This document shows positions 12,601 through 25,040 of a stretch of 64,000 nucleotides of DNA, piece after piece (position 1 is the stretch's first letter; each line of letters begins with the position of its first letter). The stretch spans positions 29,022,437 to 29,086,436 of the forward strand of contig NC_092672.1 in the NCBI RefSeq assembly GCF_964355755.1. The letters are read 5' to 3'. This stretch comes from Antedon mediterranea. Taxonomy: Eukaryota; Animalia; Echinodermata. The notes under the pieces are model-generated. The model searched no databases. It was not told where the DNA came from and was given only the letters and a program-made list of their open reading frames with translations. The position numbers and the translations under genes were made by a program.

Positions 12601-15600
12601 GGAACACACAACATTACGCAGTTTTATCACGCAGATTATGATATAACAATTAATCAGACTTTAAAAGGTTTCTTTTCTGGAAATGGGATATTTTTCTTCT
12701 GTATTTCAATAGAGAACAGTATTAGTTTCTATAGAGTGACAATGACGGTTCACCCGCAATTAATGGCAGAGGTTAAAAGGTTATATGAAACACCTGAAGT
12801 TGATGTGAACCAGAATTGCTTTAAGTGTTATGCAGATGGTGGATCTTGTAACAAGAAAATGTATAATTGGAGTTTAAGTGGAGCGGAATCTCGGGATCAG
12901 TTTTACAATGAAAGTGAAAAATGCTTTGGTAATTTACCAGCCGGTAACTACACTGTTAAGTGTCTGGTGAGTACAATCGTACAGGAAAGATCTGATGAGA
13001 TGGAATTCACAATCAAAGATGGCATGAACAGAGACAGAACGACTAAATCTCAAGATATTATTAATGTCACAGTAATACCAACAATATCTCAAGATATTAA
13101 TTACGCCATGCCAACAGAAACCATGGCAACTAATACAATAACAATAATACTTTTAACCAGTAATATTACAATGATGATTGGACTTGTGTGCGTGGTGTGT
13201 TTTTACAAACTTAAGAAACATGGCAGCACATCACATGTTATATACTATCAAAGAAACCCGGACTCATCTGGTAGTGAATGTTCCGATGATCTACAGAACA
13301 TGGATGAACCAATTTATTATGAGATTAATGATAGTACAGTAGAACTTTCTGAAAATGCATTTTAAAAGGTTTAATTCCTTTATGCTATTGTTCTACTGAA
13401 TACATTCTTTTTTCAGTAGTTAGGTAGTTAACCTAATGTAATAACATGTCTGGTGACTCCCTAGAAGGTGAAAAATATGGTGGATATGCGGTGGATAATT
13501 TTTGCTATAGAATGAAAATAAAACTCTGAAGTTGAATAAAAATACTAGAAACGTAAAATTCAAGTTAAATTACCTATATTTAGTCATCTAATAACATTTT
13601 TACTAAACTGTTTATTTTTCATAGTTTTTTTTTAAATGCCTTTCTACTTATAAAAGAATAGAGATTTTACTGTGTAATTTGAACTATCCCCCCACTGGTA
13701 AGAAAGTGCTTATTTTCTACAAGCTCGTTTAACACAAATAAAATACCAACAATTATGAAACAAAGGGGATTCTATAGATCGATAATTATTGGAATGGAAT
13801 ATGATCAATAGAAATTGTTTGCCCGAATAAAGAATTATTTTTCAGGGGGACAATACATCTTTAAGAGGCAGCCACTGGAATGACATGTACAATAACCGCT
13901 AAACCTGCTAAATAATTGGATGGGTCATGTCGAACAAAAACTCATCAAAAAGAATTCAGAAATCTATAATGCTGTCCAAGTTATAGGAATAGGTGTGCAG
14001 TATATATGTATCAAATGAATACATAATTTATTTCAAAAATGTATATGCTGTCTATATGTTATGATAATACATTATTAGAGAAAAATCTTTATCAAAATAT
14101 GAGAGAATAAAAAAATAAATAAGAAATTTTAAAAGTCTTAATAAGAATAGGTGATGCAGTATCAAATAAATAATTAAATACATCATTTATTCAATTAATT
14201 ATCCAGTTACTTACATGCGTAAGCATTGACCAATTCCATGGCTGTTGGAGGACGATTTGGATCTTCTCCCTCCTTTGGTTTTATTATAGTAATTCCATAC
14301 GTTGCCTCCAACACTTGTCGGGAAATAACCTGTGTTAAGTGAGACATAGTCAAGGTAGAAAACACTTAATTTATAATTCTAATTAACAACACATGATTAT
14401 AACTTTCTAAAAATAATGTAATAGAAATTTCTTATTACAGAGGCAAACAAAATAAGCACAATATTTTAACACTTTATTCAAAAATGTATCCAAGAACAGA
14501 TACAACCATAGATACATAAAATCAGCACAGGTAATATAAAAATGCGTTTGAATGCCCAAAGCCTCTAATCACTCCATATTATTGTCCCAGTCATTTTAAA
14601 TCAAACATGTATGGAAACATAGTCCCATAATACAGGTAATAATCAGCGTAGTTTGTGCTTTGACCGTGATCAAGTATCCATTTGTACACCTGGGTAAAAA
14701 GAGGCAAACTTAAGTAAAGTGTCTTGTCTAAGGACACGAGCGTAAGACTTTTAAAAACTATTGATCTTGCAATGTCCAACACACATTATGCCACATGCTC
14801 TCACTTAATCAACATGCTTATTTGCAATATTGGAAGAGTAATGTGTTAATCTCAGTGTACAGGTCCATTTCAACCCCTTTTGTCTGTTCATGGCAAGAGC
14901 AGAACTATGGCTGCCTTCAAGGGTCTGTGGAGGAACCAACCCGAAATACCTCAATTGAGGATGAATGATATTAACAAAAATTAATTTTCGATTAATTTAA
15001 TCTAAATACTAAAGGATATAAGAGTGATAGCTGGTTTGAAATCTCTCATTTGGTCGATTGGTAACACTCCGTTGGTGATCATCTCGGCTTTTGTTGAGAC
15101 AAAGGACGGCATAACAAGTCCAGGACAGTCACAAAGCATCAGGTTTGAATCTAGATATAATGTCTGTATTAAGAAATAAAAACATAGACATTCTAAAATT
15201 GAAAACATACTGTTTGTAATACCTTCAGTGAAAAATATCATTTACATTTATTGTCATTACATATAAATATATATAATACATCAAATCAGATGGTCAAATC
15301 ATGGGATTATACTCAGATGGTCAAAAGAAATTCTGCCTGGCCATCAGGCAATGAAGAATCTATTGTAAAGAAGTCCAGCTTCTTATATAATAATGTCGAG
15401 TTTAATGTTTTATTAATACAGTCCAAGTCTAATTGATCACAAGACAAAGAAACATTACTTTAATTGTTAATTGTCTAGAAGTTTTAAATTTGTTTTCCAA
15501 TTCCTTTTTATGTCTACGTTTACAGTATTCATTTTTTTCTTTTTCTTTCCCTATTTTTTTAAATATTTTGTATATAGACATTTTATATTGTCAAACATCA

Positions 15601-18600
15601 GCTGTAATTGAGAACATTGTAGCTGTTGGAATGTTTTCGTGCCAATAAAAAATAGCAAACATACCTGGAAATGCTTTGTTCTACCAGGAGTAGCAGATAC
15701 CTGCACTTTCTTGCACTGGAGTAGAGCGTTTATTGTTGAGCTTTTACCAACGTTAGGATAACCAACCTAAACAAAATTGAATGCATCCATAAACATCTAT
15801 AATTACAATGGTTTATTTTCAGATTTAAACAAAATCACTTAGCAGGCTACAGAAATACAATCGCAACTAGTCGCTGTTCACAACAAAATTAGAACAATAC
15901 ATAACTATATAAAAGTAGTCAGCAATTTATTTCTTTTTTTTATAGTGACTTACCAATCCAATTGTAAGTTGTCCCTCTGTTACTTTTGTACCGTTGTGCG
16001 ATGAATTAAGAAGTTCAAGCAATTGTTCACCGTTAAGAACTGCACAATCTAAGTGGTCTTCATTTTGTGTTTTTTCTTCTTCCAAATGTTCATCATTTAA
16101 GTTTTTTTCCCTTTCTTTATCTTTCAAATCAATGTCTGTTAATTTTTCTAATACAACTGATGATTCTGTTGTATCATTGTTAACATTTGAATTTTTACAG
16201 TCATTTTCATTGGTTGCTTCTGTAGATAAGAGGTTGTCTGATTGGTCAGAATTTGAATAATTTATGTCAATTTCATTGGTTGCTTCTGTTTCTAAAGCAC
16301 AATCTGATTGGCTGTTTGCTGAGGTTGTATGTGTTTCATTTAAAGATGTTGGATTTGATTGGTCTTCATAATCTTCTAATGGTTCTTGAACATCTAGGAA
16401 AAAATATGAACAAAGTAATATTTTTTCATGATTAGTTTTTATTATCTTAATCAAAATTATCTAACCATACATGTAATTTATTGTAATGCTCGGTTCCCAC
16501 TAAAATGCAACGCTAGAACATTAGGGCAACGTAAGTTTGATTAATCACCAGCAATGGATTACTGTCGCTTTCATTGGTCAACTCGCTTGTGTTGCGTCCA
16601 TGTCCTTTCTAGTGGGAACCAAGCTTAAAAGTGCAAATATCACTGATCACTCTAAAAAATAATAATGGAATGAAATTCTTTATTGAATGCTTATAGCAGC
16701 CAAGCTATAATAATTACATAATACAATTTAAGTAAACTCACTGATTCCATTAAACCTGTTGTCTGTGGTAACATTCAAATGCTCCTCATCTTCCACATCA
16801 TCTTCATCCTCCTCATCTTCAACTTGATTAATTTTCTGACTTTCATCTGTTTTTTGTTCATTTTTTAACTAAAACGAAGGATGAAAAACATATCTTTAAA
16901 ATCAAAGATAAAATACACAAATCAACAGTGTTGTTGGTAGTCTAAAAGTAACACTTACTTGGATAAACTAACAATAGCACATACTCTCCAGAGGATGGGC
17001 TACTGTAAAAAGTTTCTAGAGCGCCCCTCTACCATAATGGACTAATCCGCAACCTTGAAATTATGTGGGAATGTCCCAATTTACTCAGAATTGTTGCCAG
17101 TAATTATCCCAATTTGCTCAAATATATTTGGCTACAAGGCTAATCAAGATGGTAAATAACAATAATAAAATTAAAGACAGAGGCTCATAAAATGCTACCT
17201 TCTCAATTCTTTCTGTTTCTGCCTTAGCTGACCAGAAGGCTACTTGTATGCCTTGATCATTAAAATATTTCTTCCATTTCTGTCTCTGCTCATTGGTCAA
17301 CAAATCAGCTTTATTCACAAGAATTATGTTATCCTTCATCGGGTCCACTTCTTTTACATAAGTTTCCTAAAAATAAAATAAATTTGATGAAGAAGATATG
17401 GGACAACCGGTCAAGAAAATTACTGTGTTGGAACTATTAATATGCTTTAGATTACTACTGTCATTTTTCCAAGTCATCCATTTTTGTGACAAGCCTTTAC
17501 CTATAAAATGTCCACGTCTGTGATAACAGAATGCTGGAAACGATCAAATTAGGTCAAACCAAACTTAACATATGCGATTTGTACCTCCATATATAAAGGC
17601 CTTATATTAGGTTATGGCAAAAAAAAAATTTTCACAATTTTGAAATGATACCTTTTATTAAAATAAGCGGACTACTCATCTTAATAAATATATAAATAAA
17701 CTACAGTAATAAAAAAAAAGTACCAGATCTGGGCATCTAAACATGAGTGGATTTCGTGCATCAACGATTTGGACAACGGTGTCACTGCGTTCAATGACCC
17801 GCCATAGCTGGCGCCAGACTTCCAGGTTGCGTTCAAATGGAGTCATCAACATATGCATTTCCTCTTGAATACTAGAAATGAAGAAAAATCAATTGTAAAT
17901 AAAGCTTTTCTACTAGGCAAATTTATCCGTGCAAATTCAATGTTTTCTTACAGAGACGCAATGCAAGGACGTAAGCACAAAGTAAGTGGTTTGTTCAATT
18001 ACAATGGATTACGATGGATTATTCAAACTGTCACTTGTCATTAGACAAAGTCTCGTTTGTGTTGCTTTAAAGAAAATAGATGCAAATTCAATATTTTTCA
18101 AGAGTGCTCATGAATGCATGACAAATCATTTCCTGATTTGAACAAAATTAATCAAGGATTAAATGCCAAGTTGACGAATCAATGCTATATATTATAGTTC
18201 CAGTGAGTGGCCAAGCGGTTAAGACAGTGGGACAATAATACCTTGCCATATTAACATCGGCAAAGGTTCGAGCTTTGCTCGCTCCATGGTTTTGGATAAG
18301 GACTATAAACCGTAGGTCCAGTGTACACATCTGGCTCATGTGCACTTTAAAGAACCTAGTACATCTTTCAAGACGAGTAGGGGGTTACCCCGGTGTACTA
18401 GTATACACACAGCCACTGTCACAAGACTTGATTGTCAGCATACGCTGTTTATGGTCACCCTCTATAAATAAGGTGTAATAAACACTGTAAATAATAAAAG
18501 TGTGAATCCATTGTTACTGTGTGTCCTAGCATAATGTATATGCATACTGTACTGAACAAACACTGAGATATGAAAATATGGCGTAAATAAAATTATTTTG

Positions 18601-20372
18601 TAGTAAGAAATGTTGTTATTGAATGCTTACACAGCATTGTGTTTCCTCCATTTCAGAAAGCTGTCTCGTTCCATCCTCTCCAGTTCATCTGGTGTCGTAG
18701 TTGAATCCCATTGTGGTCTAAAAAAAATGATTTTGTCCATCTTTATTTTTCATGTTCTGGGAGACTATAAGTCTCAACTTGGAAAAATTAAATATTGGGA
18801 TAGCTTGACAAGAGAGGGCGCTATGTAAATTAAATAATATCAAACTATAGAGGGCATTTTCAAAAAACAAAATCTATGGGTATGCCAGGTACTTTGCAGG
18901 CATATTTGGCAATGCATTTTAGTTAACCAATTAAGTTCAAATAATACATTTATATATTATTGAGATGTTTTAATGTATATTTAAAAAAATATTATTAAAA
19001 TGGGATAAATGGCCTTTTTTTAGCACGAGATTGGGAGAGACTCAAAGTATCAGGAAATGCGAGTTGAGAGGTATGCACTATATCTTTAAAATTACGATCA
19101 AATAACATTAATACCATGACAACAAATAAATTGATTTTTATCTACCTTCTTGGTATGGTAAGAAGATCTTGATTCTTAGCATGTTTCTCTTTAATTTCTT
19201 CCAATTCTTCCTGGCTGGGTAATCCAGTATGTACATTAGGATCAATGACCTGTATGTTCAGTTTCTCTAGTACAAAAACATTTAGGGTTAATAAGAAAGA
19301 ACATTTCATCCAAACCAAATCTATGACACTGCAAATTAAAAAAACGAAAATAGGCCTAGTTAATGAAGATGACCGTTAAAGTACCTGCAGCGAATTCAGT
19401 TCCAGCAAGTTCAGCGGTCGCAAGAAAATCATCTAAGTTGCTCTGTTCGGTGACAGACTGCAAGTTAAGGCGCCCCCAATCATAGCCGTCTTGCAGTTCA
19501 CTAGTGTGCATCTGTTGATAAAAAAGAATATATATATATATATATATAGGCCCTGGTACTTTAGTATAAGTAGGTTATTATAGGAATACTTAGACTATAC
19601 TCTCTTTAATAAAGTAAACAAACTGGCTGCCTCTACGCCTAGTCGTAAATCCAATCCTGATTCTATATTTACACCGATATTGCGCCTCCTATAGTTTTTG
19701 ATAAATACTAATAGGTTATGATATCGGTTGATTGTAAAGAAGCTGGATGGCTGAATGGGTAGTGCTTGGGCCTCGTAATGTAACGCTGTAGCATTAGGAT
19801 AGGGATCGAAACTCGTTTTTTTTTTAAACATTTTTGTTTTAGTTACTCACCATCTTCTTTATTGATCATCATTTTCCTAGAGGGATTTTTTTTTTAGGTT
19901 ACGAGGGCCGGAGGTCTGAGAAAGAGGGCCTTGGCCCGATCGGGCCAATAAGCATAGATATAGAATCTAGCTTACTTGTTGGATCTACGGGCGCAGGGGT
20001 CCGGGTAGGCCTAGCCTAGATGCAGCCACTGCGTAAAGTAAAACTAGGCTAGTATGTATTATATATCTTTATTAATGTTGCATACGACACCATACTTTAA
20101 TTGCTCTAAATTTACATGGGCTTTAAGCATATTTGATTTGAAAAACTTCCCTTAGGCCTAGGCCTAGTAGGCTAAAGGTAGGATTGGTAGGCGGAGACTC
20201 AGTCGAAAAAGGTGGTCAGCAGCCCAGAGTTTACCACACAAAATGCAACATCGACAGGCCTAGCACTTACCCATGAACTATCCTTTGTCTTCTTCACTTT
20301 TGAACCCTTGAATCTGTCTTTAATTACAAGAGAACCCAAGTTCGCAGTTGCTGCTTTCTTTTTACCAGGCAT
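9675..20372 (-). CDS. LSG1: Large subunit GTPase 1 homolog (circularly permuted YlqF/YawG-family GTPase, 60S maturation)
   Basis: 14 phase-consistent exons: 20271-20372, 19385-19511, 19146-19266, 18631-18717, 17724-17871, 17199-17366, 16742-16868, 15954-16393, 15665-15766, 15020-15163, 14215-14338, 11476-11555, 10895-11029, 9675-9917. LSG1 motifs: HTSELQDGYDWGRLNLQSVTEQS, TPFERNLEVWRQLWRVIERSD, DARNP, G4 NKAD, G1 GYPNVGKS, G2 TPGRT, G3 DCPG, LLYCHPPP, KPWKKHGNRNKK. Confidence 0.97.
10030..10296 (-). mobile_element. tRNA-derived SINE with Deu/Nin-like central domain
   Basis: The minus strand has A box TGGCCGAGCGG and B box GGTTCGAG, then GGATAAGGACTATAAACCG...CACTTTAAAGAACC...GAGTAGGGG. A second copy lies at 18203-18425. 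Confidence 0.8.
11123..11296. repeat. 67-bp tandem repeat (2.6 copies) in LSG1 intron 12
   Basis: CTGTGGGTATCAGTGGCTGGATCTCAATGGAGATACAAAT starts at 11123, 11190 and 11257. Confidence 0.9.
12304..13365 (+). pseudogene. Intronless Ig-superfamily type I membrane protein frame (partial Ig + 2 Ig-like + TM + Tyr-motif tail), antisense within LSG1 intron 11; 5' end disrupted or unresolved
   Basis: The stop-free frame runs from 12304, longer than the tracked ORF. It contains GIYLC, then ISC..GWI..FFFC, then KC..NWS..GNYTVKC, a hydrophobic segment TITIILLTSNITMMIGLVCVVCFY followed by KLKK, and a tail with EPIYYEI. In-frame TAA at 12283 and 12301; no signal peptide found. AATAAA near 13517 and 13535. 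Confidence 0.6.
14339..15019 (-). other. U12-type (minor spliceosome) AT-AC intron in LSG1
   Basis: 5' splice site ATATCCTTT, branch site TACCTTGAC ~10 nt upstream of the terminal AC. Splicing gives PAITL|LTQVISRQVLEATYG, which is colinear with LSG1 orthologs. Confidence 0.92.
14670..14790 (-). mobile_element. Degenerate SINE fragment (CORE-like)
   Basis: Minus strand GTGTCCTTAGACAAGACACTTTAC...TGCCTC...CCCAGGTGTACAAATGG resembles common invertebrate tRNA-SINE core sequence. Confidence 0.45.
16487..16627. mobile_element. Palindromic MITE family (GCTTGGTTCCCACTAG...CTAGTGGGAACCAAGC), Harbinger-like
   Basis: Terminal inverted repeats are visible. Further copies lie at about 32900-33060, 40423-40490, 50760-51045 and 51249-51636. 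Confidence 0.75.
18203..18425 (+). mobile_element. tRNA-derived SINE, second copy of the 10030-10296 family
   Basis: A box TGGCCAAGCGG, B box GGTTCGAG and the shared body GGATAAGGACTATAAACCGTAGGTCCAGTGTACACATCT. Confidence 0.8.
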
Positions 20373-21118
20373 TCTTGATATTTTACAGATTTACTGTCGT
20401 TTATAAAAGCAATCTGCTTCTAGAAAACTTCATGTGCTCTCACGACTTTAATTTTGTGTTGTGAAATCAGAACAGAAAGAGGGCGATATTTATAGAAAAT
20501 TGGCAGAGCGTCATTCTTACACTGTATATTATTATACGATAAAGTTTAACCAAAGATCTTTGGTTTATTAACAAATGAAATGGTGATGTCATACACAGAG
20601 AAGTGAAAAAAAACCAAAATGTGCTATATACGAAGATAACACTTCTATAAATTCTTTAAAAATCTGAAATACAACATTTCATGGGCCAACCATCCACCCC
20701 AACTTATTATAAAGTTTCCACTTAGGTATTCATCATATTCAAAAGGGCTTTTAGTGCATGGCCTCGATTCTCACATTCTGCGGAAACAAGTAAACAAATA
20801 AAACGACGAAGAACAATATATTTCAAACAATCTCGGAAAATTTATTTAAACATTATTTGGTTCCAAACGTAAAAAGCGAATTTCAGAAATCGATGTTGAA
20901 TACCACACACACCTTGTATGAAAATCAAACAATATCGTTTGACGCATAGCATCGGATATAAAAAAAATTGATATTCGTAATTATCATTGTCTTTTTCTTC
21001 TTCGTCATTAGTTGTAGGCCTACCAAGGCAATTGGTTGTAGGCCTACGAGTCATCAAGAGGAAGCCGTTCAGTGTTCATTTACTAAGTTGTGATGATAAC
21101 CCACATAGCGACCCCAAT

Positions 21119-23842
21119 TTACCCGGTTAAATAACTAAGCCAAAAGATCGTATGCGATCCTTTGCTAAGATAAGCTGAATAAAGTTGTTGTGTTGCCGAC
21201 GTTTGTTTATGCTTAGGTGTTTCATCATCAATTGCAATGTAAATTCCAAAATTTCTATATAAGAAAAACACAATACGTTTAATTCTAGTCAAAGTGTTAC
21301 GGTGGATGCCTAATAACAGGTGAAAAGGCATTTGGAAACCTGGGTGGTATTTCCAGGATTTTAAAATAGTGTTCCCCATGGCCTAACAATTTTTTTAAAA
21401 AGTGCTGAATTAAATGTGATGTCGTATCTGCATTGTACGTTTCGGAATTGCGCGGGTCGAAACCAATGTCAGAGTTAACTATTTATGCTTAGGTAGGTAA
21501 ACCGTTCATTCCCTCCACGATTCCGGTAGTAGCATGCAACACTGGAGACAACAATAATGATGACAGCAGCAACACTGCACCCGACGATAATTCCTCCATA
21601 ATTAGACTCCACTGAAAAAAAAGAAGAAACTAAAGTGACGACGTGATTGGGTCGGTATACCACATTTCGATTATTCATTATGCGTGTTCTAATGATAAAG
21701 GCGATGTAAAACCATCGCCTTTCAAGCATTTAAACTCCGTTTTAGTTAGGCTCAACCCTAAAGTATAGATGTATCTAAGTGAGGCGCGAAAATAGGTATG
21801 TCCGGCTCGCGGAAACAATCCATTTTTGTTTCATAGTTCGTTATAACCATAACAGTTATAGGCCTCAGTATTATTTATTTTATGCACATTTTATTTTGGG
21901 GTTGATGTGACCCACCCACACCGCCACCTCTTATATGTATTGGGATCGATATATAGGTTGGTGGATGTTGACTTCTTCCTTTTTGTATTGTCGACAAACC
22001 TCTAAAAAGCGGATAAATCAGTTTTTCCCACCCAACATTCAAACTTGGATCAGAGCCCTTGATCGGTGTCCTGGGGCTAGGTGAATCGTAGGCCTACTCA
22101 CCAGCACATCCATGAGCAATATAAGGTGCATCTATTCCATTATCAGCCACGCATTTTGCTATACCTGTCTTACATGCTTCAGCATTTATTTCATTTGTGG
22201 TAACGTCGCCGCTTCCAGACGCAACTGTGAATTCATTTGATTTGATTGTCACTTTTGCTGTTGGCCAACAGTCCGATTTGCAAGTAGTCTTGCCGTTTTT
22301 ATAAACAAAACTCGTCACTGTGCAATCTAGCATGACATAAAAGAATATTATTAGGAATTATCTCCGTCGACATACGTCATTTTCGTCTCAAACGTTGGTA
22401 GTACGACCCTTTTCATAGCCACCTCCAATTGTCGCCGTAGTCAGATTACCAACGCCATCACCCTAGTCGTCATCAATACCACCATCAGTGTCAGCGCTGT
22501 CGTCGTGTCGGTGTCACCACTGTCGTACAAACCAGGAAAGAGTGGAATTTATGAGTGTAATTTCACTGCACTCATTCCTGGTACAACCGACGTTATGTCA
22601 ACACAGTGTCACCCTAGTCATTTAATCATCATCCATCACAAGTTGTTACCCTGCGTCAACATCCAGTTCAACTCTAAAGATGTTGGCTTTAACAAAATTT
22701 GCTGTCATGTCGTCTACATCCTTGTCCGATTACATACATTGAACGCTCATTGAAAATGCAAGTCTTCCGCTTCCAACACCATCGTCAACGATGCATTCAA
22801 ACATCCCGTCGTCGGCCTTCTGAACCTCACTTATCATAAATGAAGCGCTACTATTTGTCGAGGTAGTATCGATGCTATAACGACCATTTGGGTTATCTTT
22901 GTTCGACTGCACCAGTAAGTCCTTGTTCTCTCCGTCATTCTTCAGCCGATAGAACGCGATGAAATTGAGTGTCTTCCCTGACGACAGTGAATAGCCAAAC
23001 GAGATATTCGCTCGTACTACTTCATGAAGGATTACCACACCAGGTCCCGTGACAACGGGTGATGTGTAGCTGTAACCTGGTATATGAAACAAAAAACGTT
23101 ATGTAATATTCAACATAATATAATGATTATTATTTTATTATTCTCACGGAGGATTACCACACCAGGTCCAATGACGACGGGTGATGTGTAACCGTTACCT
23201 GAAATAACAGGCATTATGTAATATTTAAATAAATAAATAAATGTATCAAAGTAGTAGTATAGGCCTATAGTAGTAATACTAATAAGTTAACGTATATTAT
23301 CTTAGGCCTACATCTATTTCAGATCGCAGAGAACCATTACACAGTCAGTTCAATATTATATCCCTACATGGCATGGACAGCAGTTTAAAGGGAGATATCC
23401 GTATTTCGTGCTGCGTTGATTTCCTGTAAAACGATCGGGGCTCTGGTAAATATGGGGTCGGCTCTGGATACCAAAGGAGCACTGAGGCATCCCCTTGCCA
23501 TGGAGAGAGGGAAATAAGTCTGTGCTCAACGATAACAGAAAAGACGTGCTCACATTAAGTTATGTAAATGTAATGACTTGATATCTTATACACAACTTGT
23601 AGTGAACCAAAATACCAACCTACCTGATTTTAATAACACTGAGACTGTGATAAGCAGGCCTACGAAGATTCTGAATCTGAAATAAATCAAAACCAGTATT
23701 GTTACATTTATACAATTTCTGATTCCTAAACTGCCTATATACTACTTAGATCGAGGCCTACTATGACTAGTACTTTAGGCCTATACAAGTAAAAATGTCG
23801 TTTAAAAAAGCCAAAACAAAATTATTTCTACCGAGGATCCAT
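21119..23842 (-). CDS. Ig-superfamily type I membrane protein (signal peptide, V-like domain, small Cys-rich Ig-like domain, TM, short tail)
   Basis: Phase-consistent exons: 23832-23842 (MDP), 23624-23670/23676 (IFVGLLITVSVLLKS signal peptide), 22738-23076 (ISEVQKADDGMFEC), 22102-22326, 21503-21611 (TM GGIIVGCSVAAVIIIVVSSVACYY-RNR), 21119-21254. A probable 5' UTR exon has its donor near 23912. Confidence 0.8.
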
Positions 23843-25040
23843 CGTTAAGTTTGTTATGTAGTCTATAGCTAGGGGTCAAAGTAATATTTGTTATAAAAGA
23901 TTATATAACTTACCGTACTAGACTGATAATATTATGTAAGGATTATCAATGTTATACCAGTGAAGGCGCTCTTCTTTGATTAAACAATACCCGATAGGCT
24001 AGGTGAATAAGCGAGATGGTGAATTAAATATTTTGGTCAAATTTGAAAATGGCATAGGCGCGCCTACTTCTGGAGTAAAACAGTTTGGAATAATCAATAA
24101 ATAAAGTTCACAATGACTCTCCATGTTACGGTTACACGTCACTCACCAACTTCTGCAGTAATAGTCGTCCTCCTACTGAGGGAATACATATCATGAGATA
24201 TGTCCAGCATCATACTTTAATGCTGCGCTCAAAGGGCTTTTAAACTACATGGTATATGGTATTGAAGTTTATATTTGCTACACCTACAACAGGGGCGGAC
24301 GCAGAGGGTGTTGCCCGGCAACACCCTTAATTTCATACTAAATTGTTTTTTTCTGCCACTAAATTAAAATTTAGATCCCACTTCATCATAGGCATATATT
24401 AACCATTAACGTCGTTATAGAAGTCCAGTGTTGGAAGAGTCTATATGTAAATTGACTGACTGCAGCGTAAAATTAACCGCGCACAATTATTTAACGGCGG
24501 TCATTAGATTTTTTTTTTCATTTCTCTACGTCCGTAAAATTAGGCCGAATTTCCGTAGTAATTACAAACTACTAATAACAACATCCGTAGTAATCCGAAA
24601 AAAAAAATCGTACGATTTGAGAAAACAAATGGCTTCCTGATCCATCGATACGAATTTGGAACCCGAATCATGTACGTACTCAAATCGTACGAATTCAGTG
24701 TGAACGATTCGTATGCTTTACAACTGAACCCATTATCCATGATATTTTTCTCATGGTACCTCAAGAATCCGAGCGCGGTGTGAAAGCAGCTTAATAAATG
24801 AGCTAGATCGTGTACACCAATGCACTATGTGGCATGGTATTCTAAACTACCAAACAGTATTGTATTAAATAAGAAGTTCCTTAATCGTTTGATCTATTAG
24901 GCATAGTAATTATTATTAGGTCAACTCTGTAACTAATGCACTACCCGATACTGAATACTTTAGGCCTACTCTGTTCAATCCGTTACACGTAGACCAAAGC
25001 AACAAATTATGTTGACCAAAAAAAAGAAAATTAAATACTG

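Noticed and set aside
14850-14975. GC-richer stretch in the LSG1 U12 intron considered as an intronic snoRNA
   Set aside because: No convincing C/D boxes or two-hairpin H/ACA structure by eye; an Infernal/Rfam search would be needed.
19740-19815. tRNA-like sequence with A/B boxes (also the SINE heads near 10230-10296, 18203-18275 and 46290-46360)
   Set aside because: No complete cloverleaf could be formed; best explained as SINE heads or decayed copies.
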